Shown here one piece after another: positions 50,489-56,923 of a stretch of 56,923 bases of DNA. A model generated the notes under the pieces. It saw only the letters and a list, made by a program, of their open reading frames with translations. It was not told the DNA's origin and did not search any database. The DNA is taken from assembly GCA_022709795.1 (NCBI GenBank), contig JAKLID010000001.1, positions 1-56,923 of the forward strand, written 5' to 3'. The first letter of the stretch is position 1, and every line of letters begins with the position of its first letter. The position numbers and the translations under genes are program-made. This stretch comes from Patescibacteria group bacterium (GTDB lineage Bacteria; Patescibacteriota; Patescibacteriia; UBA2196; GWA2-42-15).

Positions 50489-51497
50489 TTATAATTTACC
50501 AAAGGAGCTGATCGCCCAAAGACAGATAAAACCGCGAGACTATTCGCGGTTGTTGGTTGTTGAGAGAAAGGGGGGTGTTTTAAAGCATGATCATTTTTTT
50601 AATCTGGAAAAATATTTGGAGCCGGGAGATGTACTGGTTTTTAATAATTCAAAAGTATTTCCGGCGAGGATCAGATTTGATGAAGGAAGAGGGGAAATAT
50701 TTTTGTTGAAAGAATTGGGAGGAGGGAGATGGGAAGTATTGGGGAAGAAATTAGAAACTAGAAATCAGATATCAGAAATCAGATATCAGAAATTGGAGAA
50801 TGGATTAGAGCATAAGATAATGAAAAGATTAGAGAATGGAAATTGGGTGGTGAGATTTAATTTAAAGGGGAAGAAGTTTTACGATTGGTTGGAGAAGTAT
50901 GGGGAGACGCCGTTGCCACCGTACATTAAAACAAAAGATTCGGCGCAAATGAGAAAAGATTATCAGACAATTTATGCGAAAGAAAGAGGCTCGGTAGCGG
51001 CGCCGACGGCTGGACTACATTTCACTAAAAAACTTTTGACTACACTGAAGAAGAAAGGAATTAAAATGGAATTTGTGACATTACACGTGGGACAAGGAAC
51101 TTTTCAGCCAGTTAAGACGGAGCGGATTGAAGAACATAAATTGCATGAGGAATACGCGGTGTTGGACAAAGCGACAGCAGAGAGATTGAATAAGTATAAG
51201 AAAGAAGGGCGAAGAATTATCGCGGTGGGGACGACAAGCTGTCGAACACTGGAAGCGTTGGCGGAAAAAAATAGACGCTTAAAAGCGGCGAGCAAGTGGG
51301 TGAATATCTTTATTTATCCGGGGTATAAGTTTAAATTTGTGGATGGGTTGATAACAAATTTTCATTTGCCCAAGTCATCGCTTTTGATGTTGGTATCGGC
51401 GTTGGCGGGGAGGAAATTTATGATGGAGGTATATAAAAAAGCAGTGGAGAAAAAATATCGGTTTTATAGTTTTGGGGATGGGATGTTAATCAAGTAA
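50463..51497 (+). CDS. queA: S-adenosylmethionine:tRNA ribosyltransferase-isomerase QueA, with an in-frame low-complexity insertion
   Basis: LFDYNLPKELIAQRQIKPRDYSRLLVV, GSVAAPTAGLHFT, IIAVGTTSCRTLE, ITNFHLPKSSLLMLVSA, YRFYSFGDGMLI. Confidence 0.93.
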   Translation: MAMKIKLFDYNLPKELIAQRQIKPRDYSRLLVVERKGGVLKHDHFFNLEKYLEPGDVLVFNNSKVFPARIRFDEGRGEIFLLKELGGGRWEVLGKKLETRNQISEIRYQKLENGLEHKIMKRLENGNWVVRFNLKGKKFYDWLEKYGETPLPPYIKTKDSAQMRKDYQTIYAKERGSVAAPTAGLHFTKKLLTTLKKKGIKMEFVTLHVGQGTFQPVKTERIEEHKLHEEYAVLDKATAERLNKYKKEGRRIIAVGTTSCRTLEALAEKNRRLKAASKWVNIFIYPGYKFKFVDGLITNFHLPKSSLLMLVSALAGRKFMMEVYKKAVEKKYRFYSFGDGMLIK

Positions 51498-51543
51498 AAA
51501 GGCAAAAGTCAAAAGGCAAAATTAAGGAAAAAATAAGGACTGT

Positions 51544-51586
51544 CCTTGAGAACGAGAAGGACAGTCCTTATTTTTTGCGGCTTGAC
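51544..51586 (+). terminator. Intrinsic terminator after queA
   Basis: TAAGGACTGTCCTT-gagaacgag-AAGGACAGTCCTTA followed by TTTTTT. Confidence 0.75.
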
Positions 51587-51684
51587 TTTTGGGGTGGGAG
51601 GGATAGAATGAATTGATTAATTTAAAAGACAAAAATAAAGTAAACATTTGAACAAACTGACAATATAAACAGGAGGGAGAAACG

Positions 51685-52089
51685 ATGTACTTTTATAGAG
51701 AGAACAGCCGGCGGTTGACTGGTAAGCGTATCGCGCTGGGAAATATATTTTTTATATCTTCCTATCCACTGCCAGGCCTGGCAAGGGTTGTTGGCGCGGA
51801 AGCTTTGCCTAAGTTCCCCAGCATCCGTAAGGGGTCGATTATTGACCACTTGTTGGTTGGCGGGCGGTTAGTGAGAGCCAAGTTAAAGTATTTAGGTTGG
51901 AACTACAAACTCTTGCCTATGGCTTCAGATGATGTTGATTTTTATAAGGGGGAGAAAATTAGGTTTTTAGTTTTTCAAACTCGTGCTGGGAGGATTTGGG
52001 TGAGACATGAAGTCTGCGCGTTCTCGGGGGAGACTGAAATTATAATTCCTAGGAAAACCACTAATAAAATCAGGAAGGATGGTGTATGA
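51685..52089 (+). CDS. Hypothetical protein, first gene of a self-contained two-gene module
   Basis: Strong SD AGGAGGG 7 nt upstream of the ATG. The promoter-like TTGACT-16-TAGAAT lies at 51592-51619. I recognise no family. Confidence 0.55.
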   Translation: MYFYRENSRRLTGKRIALGNIFFISSYPLPGLARVVGAEALPKFPSIRKGSIIDHLLVGGRLVRAKLKYLGWNYKLLPMASDDVDFYKGEKIRFLVFQTRAGRIWVRHEVCAFSGETEIIIPRKTTNKIRKDGV

Positions 52090-52448
52090 TGTATGCTATC
52101 ACTATTATGTATATCGTAAATATCTTTAGGGGAGGGGAAAAATCATTGGGCAATGGAGTGGTGGCAATTTGTAATTTCAAGCCACAGGGACGAGTGCATT
52201 CTAATGTTTTTGGAATGTCCTTTCCAAGGATATTTTTAGGGAAAAGGGTTATTGATGGAATTTACGTTGGCTTAATAGCGTTTAAGGGAAAGTGGACCAA
52301 CTTGGGCTCGGCGCGTACCCACCGATTGAGCAAAAAAATCGTGGGTCGAGTGGCTGGTAAGGGGGAGAGGTGGGTGCTGTATCGACGGGGGAATAGGTGG
52401 CTGGCGGTAGATTGGGGATGGGCCACCGAATCAAAGAATGTGAAATAG
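52086..52448 (+). CDS. Hypothetical basic Trp/Arg/Gly-rich protein, translationally coupled (ATGA overlap) to the upstream ORF
   Basis: The start overlaps the upstream stop (gtATGAtg), with GGAAGGA upstream. I recognise no family. Confidence 0.5.
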   Translation: MMYAITIMYIVNIFRGGEKSLGNGVVAICNFKPQGRVHSNVFGMSFPRIFLGKRVIDGIYVGLIAFKGKWTNLGSARTHRLSKKIVGRVAGKGERWVLYRRGNRWLAVDWGWATESKNVK

Positions 52449-52464
52449 CATCTTGTTTGATTTA

Positions 52465-52503
52465 AAAGCCCCGACAGGAATTTCCGGTCGGGGCTTGTTT
52501 TTA
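52465..52503. terminator. Bidirectional intrinsic terminator
   Basis: AAAGCCCCGAC-aggaatttccg-GTCGGGGCTTGTTTTT between the two-gene module and convergent ruvA. Confidence 0.7.
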
Positions 52504-52509
52504 TATAAA

Positions 52510-53085
52510 TTATTTACCTAGATATTTCAATGCAGATTTGAGTTGATCTTCCATCTTGGTAATATCGGGAGGAATTTTTTTGAGAGCATCACGAACATCT
52601 TTCTCACTATAGCCAAGCGAGACGAGCGCATCAAAGGCTTCGGTTTCAGAATCGGAAAGATTGATTTCGGTTTCCGAGACAGGCAAGGAGTCCAGTTTGT
52701 TTTTTAATTCTACGACAATGCGCTCGGCGGTTTTTTTGCCGATGCCGGAAACCTTGTAGAGAATGGCTGGGTCGTCGCGGAGGATGGCTTTTTTTAGATC
52801 AGACATTTTGGCGGCTTCCAAAACACCCAGAGCGGTTTTGGGCCCGACACCGGAGATGGTGATGAGGAGTTCAAAAAAGCGTAGTTCTTCTGGCTGGCTA
52901 AAACCAAAAAGACTCATGGCGTCTTCGCTGTGGCGCAGGTGGGTGTAGAGTTCTAGCTCGGTGCCGATTTTGATTTTTTTCAAGAGAGTGGCAGGGATGA
53001 AAATTTGGTAGCCGACATTATTGACTAGGAGAGTGATGGTTTTGGCGGTTTTGGCGAGGATGGAGCCTTTGAGATAAGAAATCAT
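52510..53085 (-). CDS. ruvA: Holliday junction DNA-binding protein RuvA
   Basis: MISYLKGSI, LFGF...ELRFFELLITISGVGPKTAL, VSGIGKKTAERIVVELK, and C-terminal domain III ALVSLGYSEKDV. Confidence 0.95.
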   Translation of the reverse strand: MISYLKGSILAKTAKTITLLVNNVGYQIFIPATLLKKIKIGTELELYTHLRHSEDAMSLFGFSQPEELRFFELLITISGVGPKTALGVLEAAKMSDLKKAILRDDPAILYKVSGIGKKTAERIVVELKNKLDSLPVSETEINLSDSETEAFDALVSLGYSEKDVRDALKKIPPDITKMEDQLKSALKYLGK

Positions 53086-53208
53086 GGGGAAAGTATTTAG
53101 TATTAAGTATAGAGTATTAAGTATGGAACGAAGACAAGGTAAGTTTAGCTTATTTGGGCTTTTTTTGGAATGATTGACTGGGGCTACGGGGGTGGATAAG
53201 GTGTGGAT

Positions 53209-53236
53209 TTGACAGATTCACCAATTCTGGTATAAT
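53209..53236 (+). promoter_or_regulatory. Consensus sigma70-type promoter upstream of the 23S rRNA
   Basis: TTGACA (53209-53214), a 16-nt spacer, then TATAAT (53231-53236). Confidence 0.6.
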
Positions 53237-53784
53237 AGTGAAGTAGTAAAAAAGAAGATGTTTTTAGCCTAGTTTGGCTAAAATAATACAGTAGATATTA
53301 ATAATATGGTAAAAGTAACATTATTAACTCAAAGTCTAAGCGGTTAGCTTTAAACTGTGTTTTTTTAGCTCGAAGCCGCTTAGAAAAGCGGTTTTTTGTT
53401 ACCCTTAATACAAAATACGAATAAGTACGAATATACCTGCCTCGCGTTGACGTGAGTCGAGGCGGGCAAATAGAACAAAATTGAATCAATTTAGTTTTTA
53501 GGGCCAATCCCTGACAAGTGAATTGATTGGAAAGTAATTTAAAAAATATTTATAAAAAGAGGGAAAGAGGAAAAATTGCAATATTAAATGTAAGTGTAAA
53601 ATAAAGAATTCCTAAATATAAATTTTTAGGAATCCGTAACTCAAGGCGTGTGGTGGATGCCTAGACATCAAAAAGCGATGAAGGACGTAGCAGCCTGCGA
53701 TAAGCCTCGGTTAGGTGGCAAGCAACCTGTGATCCGGGGATTTCCGAATGGGGAAACCCTGCCGTGCAAACCACGGCAAGCCGT

Positions 53785-54005
53785 GCTTTGCGCGGAATTT
53801 CCAATTTCCAATTTCCAATTTCTCCGCCAATTTTCGATTGGGTAGCTTCTCATATCGGGAAGGCGGATCACCCTTGGGGTGACAAATAATTTTCAATTTT
53901 CAATTTTCAATTTTCATTCTGCAATGGCGGAATTGTAATTTGAGCTTTGGAGTTTGGAATTTGTTTGGAACTTGGGATTTGTATCTTGGGATTTCCGCGC
54001 AGAGC
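53785..54005 (+). other. 23S intervening sequence 1 (extended hairpin in the helix 9/10 region)
   Basis: GCTTTGCGCGGAATTTCCAATTTCCAATTTCCAATTTC pairs with GGAACTTGGGATTTGTATCTTGGGATTTCCGCGCAGAGC. About 220 nt occupy the place of a short helix in E. coli. Confidence 0.7.
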
Positions 54006-54523
54006 GCGGTAGTATACCCGCTGAAGTGAAACATCTCAGTAGGCGGTGGAAAATAAATCAATGAGATTCTCCTAGTAGTGGCGAACGAACGGGGAACAGC
54101 CCAAACTCTTTCAAGTGTTTATTGCGGCGGCGTGATGTTTAATTATGTCGCGTCAAGGCAATGATAAAGGTGCAAGCCGTTGCTTGATTGAGGGTAACAA
54201 GATAGTTACATTTCCGTTACTTGTAAGACGGGAGGCTAGTTACAAAAATTATTATTAACTGAAGGCCACTGGAAAGTGGCTACCAAAGTAGGTGATAGTC
54301 CTGTAAGTTAAAATAATAATCCTAGTCAGTAATTATTCTTAAGTAGAGCGAGACACGTGAAATCTTGCTTGAAGTCGGGTCGACTATGATCCAAGGCTAA
54401 ATATTTTTGATGATCGATAGTGAACTAGTACCATGAGGGAAAGGTTAAAAGCACCCCGGTTAGGGGGATGAAATAGTATCTGAAACCACATGCTGACATA
54501 GAATCAGAGCCGTGTATAGCACG

Positions 54524-54665
54524 GAATTTCCAATTTCCAAATCCCAATTTCCAAATAATTTCCAATTTCCAAATCTCAATTTTCATCTCGCAAACGCGGG
54601 ATTGGAGTTTGAGTATTGGAGCTTGAGATTTGTTTGGAACTTGGAAATTGTATTTTGGAGCTTCC
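54524..54665 (+). other. 23S intervening sequence 2 (extended hairpin in the helix 25 region)
   Basis: The 5' arm is CGGAATTTCCAATTTCCAAATCCCAATTTCCAAATAATTTCCAATTTCCAAATCTC. The complementary 3' arm is GAGATTTGTTTGGAACTTGGAAATTGTATTTTGGAGCTTCCG. It starts with the same words as IVS1. Confidence 0.7.
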
Positions 54666-56060
54666 GCGCTGTGCGCGGTGATGGTGTGCCTATTGAAGAA
54701 TGAGCCAACGAGTTTATTTATGTTACTTGTTTAACCTGCCGATTTGGCGGGGGAGGCAAAGGGAAACCGAGTCTTAACCAGGCGTATACCTTTTAATATT
54801 ATTGGCTTGACACTCAAGCTAATAATATTGAAATGGTAAGGTAGCATGTATAAAACCCGAAACCAGGCGAGCTAGCCATGGACAGGATGAACCCTGAGTA
54901 AAATCAGGAGGAGGTCCGAACCCACCAGCCGTGCAACACTGGGGGATGAGCCGTGGTTAGGGGTGAAATTCCAATCGAGCTTGGTAATAGCTGGTTCTCC
55001 TCGAAATATCTTATAGGATAGCGTCTTTTGTTCGCACCTAGGGGTAGAGCACTGGAAGGAAGTGGAGTGGTTCGCCATATCCCTTTCTATCAAACTCCGA
55101 ATACTAGGTGTTTAAAAAAGGCAGTCAGACTACGGGGGCTAAGCTTCGTCGGTCTAAAGGGAAATAGCCCAGATCTTAAGTTAAGGTCCCTAAATCTACG
55201 TTAAGTGTGAAAGGTAGTGGATTTTCTTATACAACTAGGAGGTTGGCTTAGAAGCAGCCATCCTTTAAAGAAAGCGTAATAGCTCACTAGTCAAGAATTT
55301 CTGCGCCGAAAATTTATCGGGGCTCAAACGTAGTACCGAAACTAAGGGATCCGACGTTAAGTCGGATCGGTAGAGGAGTATTCCATATTCAATGAATTCG
55401 TTTCGTGAGGAACGGAGGAGGATATGGAAGTAAGAATGTTGGCATGAGTAGCAAAAAGACCGGTGAGAAACCGGTCCACCAAAAATCCAAGGTTTCCTGG
55501 GCAACGCTAATCGACCCAGGGTTAGGCGATCCTAACCGCGTGTCCAAACGGATACGAGGGATGGAAAAGCAGGTTAATATTCCTGCCCCGCATAAGTATT
55601 ATCCTCACATTGACACATCTTGAAACCGGGAGCATATTTCGGCTATATATGTTTGTTTCGACGAAAGTCGGGATGAAGAAGCGAAGCCTCCGGGTAGAGC
55701 GAATTTTCGGGGACAAGGTGTCGAGAAAAGATGTGTTGTTATGTATTTATGCGTCCGTACCGTAAACCGACTCAGGTGGGTGAGGCGAGAAGCCTAAGGT
55801 GTACGAGATAACCATTATTCAGGAACTCGGCAAATTAACGGGCGTAACTTCGGAATATGCCCTCCCCGACAGCGCAAGCTCGTCGGGGCGCAGTTAACGA
55901 ACTCAAGCGACTGTTTACCAAAAACACAGGTCCCTGCTAAAGTCGCAAGACTATGTATAGGGACTGATGCCTGGCCAGTGTCAGAACGTTAAGTAGAGAG
56001 GTGCAAGCCTTGAAACCAAGCGCTGATGAACGCCGGCGATAACTATAATCGTCCTAAGGT

Positions 56061-56798
56061 TCTCCGCTAAAGTTAGCCTAATTTTAGCAGAGAAGGACTG
56101 GGACGATTATGAAAATTCGTTGCCTATTATTATCGCGAGATAATATTGTCCTTAAAAAATCAGCTGTATGCGAAGAACCCTTCAAAAGATTTTTACTACT
56201 CGTTTTTTAAACAGTAAAAAGGTAAAAATACACGGAGGCAATTCGCAGGAAACTAATTAAATTAGGATCCTCAGAGACCAAATGCTGAGATCTAGATAAA
56301 AATATGAAACTAAATCCTTATTGGGTCGTTGGTTTCGTTGATGGAGAAGGAACTTTTTATGTCGGTATTAATCATCAAGATTCAATGACGGTTGGCTATC
56401 AGGTGTTACCCGAATTTAGGGTAGTACAGCACAAAAGAGACATTAAACTATTATATAGTTTAAAAGAATTTTTTGGATGCGGGGTAGTCAGAGTCAATCA
56501 CGATGAAAGATATGAATTGCGGGTGAGAGATATAAAACACCTGAAAGATATAATTATTCCCTTTTTCCAGAAATACGAACTAAATACCCAAAAGAAATTT
56601 GATTTTTATAAATTCCAAAAAATTATTGGATTGATGGCAGAAGGGCGCCATCTCAAGGAAACGGGAGTGTTGGAAATAATAAAAATCGCGGAACAGATGA
56701 ATAGGAAAGAAAAAATTTCCGTGATAGGGATAAAAGAAGAGATATTATCTAGACCAAATTAGAGTCCATGCATCGCAGATAATGCGATGAAGGAACAG
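56061..56798 (+). mobile_element. Group I intron in the 23S rRNA at the position equivalent to E. coli U1931
   Basis: The conserved exon sequence CGTCCTAAGGT is interrupted and resumes as AGCGAAATTCCTGACGGGTGAGTTCCGTCCCGCACGAATGGC. The 5' exon ends in T and the intron ends in G, as expected for group I splicing. Confidence 0.8.
56304..56762 (+). CDS. Intron-encoded single-motif LAGLIDADG homing endonuclease
   Basis: LNPYWVVGFVDGEGTFYV (the LAGLIDADG motif), about 150 aa like the I-CreI/I-CeuI class, and located entirely within the intron. Confidence 0.85.
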   Translation: MKLNPYWVVGFVDGEGTFYVGINHQDSMTVGYQVLPEFRVVQHKRDIKLLYSLKEFFGCGVVRVNHDERYELRVRDIKHLKDIIIPFFQKYELNTQKKFDFYKFQKIIGLMAEGRHLKETGVLEIIKIAEQMNRKEKISVIGIKEEILSRPN

Positions 56799-56923
56799 AG
56801 CGAAATTCCTGACGGGTGAGTTCCGTCCCGCACGAATGGCATAACGACTTGAGAACTGTCTTAATAATGGGCTCGGCGAAATTGCAATGGCGGTAAAGAT
56901 GCCGCCTCCTCACAGTTAGACGA

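Larger units (their letters stand above)
53640..56923 (+). rRNA. rrl: 23S ribosomal RNA, 3'-truncated by the window edge, containing two intervening hairpin insertions and a group I intron
   Basis: Collinear with conserved 23S blocks: GGTGGATGCC..GCGATGAAGGACG, TTTCCGAATGGGGAAACC, GTGAAACATCTCAGTA, GATAGTGAACTAGTACCATGAGGGAAAGG, GACTGTTTACCAAAAACACAG, AACTATAATCGTCCTAAGGT / AGCGAAATTCC. No 16S or tRNA genes lie upstream in the window. Confidence 0.95.

Noticed and set aside
53648-55716. Several 60-80 aa ORFs on both strands (53648-53845, 53668-53896, 54512-54703, 54872-55093, 55265-55504, 55405-55623, 55522-55716).
   Set aside because: All fall within the 23S rRNA gene or its intervening sequences, so they are spurious.
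1-56923. tRNA, tmRNA, SRP RNA, RNase P RNA or 16S/5S rRNA genes.
   Set aside because: Scanning the intergenic regions by eye, I found no cloverleaf-compatible sequence with T-loop GTTCRANYC boxes and no other conserved cores. This by-eye scan is weak evidence, and tRNAscan-SE or Infernal should be run.

Overview
This is a chromosomal segment from a small-genome, AT-leaning bacterium that I infer to be a CPR/Patescibacteria-type lineage. The inference rests on four things: the rpmH-rnpA-yidD-yidC / dnaA-dnaN origin region, a type IV pilus-type ATPase, compact housekeeping genes, and a 23S rRNA with no 16S upstream that carries intervening hairpins plus a LAGLIDADG group I intron. The standard bacterial code fits all conserved genes.

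Layout:
1. 3-6068: a giant multidomain surface protein, with its 5' end outside the window.
2. 6.1-15.3 kb: bactofilin, a lipid-kinase-like gene, the origin-region genes, a 3D-domain protein and an unusually short SMC.
3. 15.3-26.5 kb: an accessory island that looks AT-richer by eye. It is arranged like an integron. A Xer-sized tyrosine recombinase (25626-26456, +) is transcribed divergently from three minus-strand cassettes separated by four attC-like structured sites. The cassettes are a Type III mod-res operon fused to a membrane KAP P-loop NTPase, an alanyl-tRNA-synthetase-like paralog, and a lipoprotein.
4. 26.5-53.1 kb: envelope and housekeeping genes. These include a flippase, an O-antigen-ligase-like protein, a GspE/PilB ATPase, a LysM-M23 peptidase, leuS with an inserted Nudix domain, gdh, rnhB, yraN, VanW, a CaCA exchanger behind a riboswitch-like leader, an M18 aminopeptidase, ruvB, queA and ruvA.
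5. 53.6 kb to the end: a partial 23S rRNA.

The main candidate for a new system is the recombinase-linked cassette array carrying the mod-res-KAP operon. A satellite cassette of the same family lies at 38.7-39.6 kb. A second recurring oddity is a family of low-complexity word repeats found in intergenic DNA, in the 23S intervening sequences, and in frame inside leuS, queA and an O-antigen-ligase-like gene.

All calls come from reading the sequence and translations by eye. No searches or computations were run.
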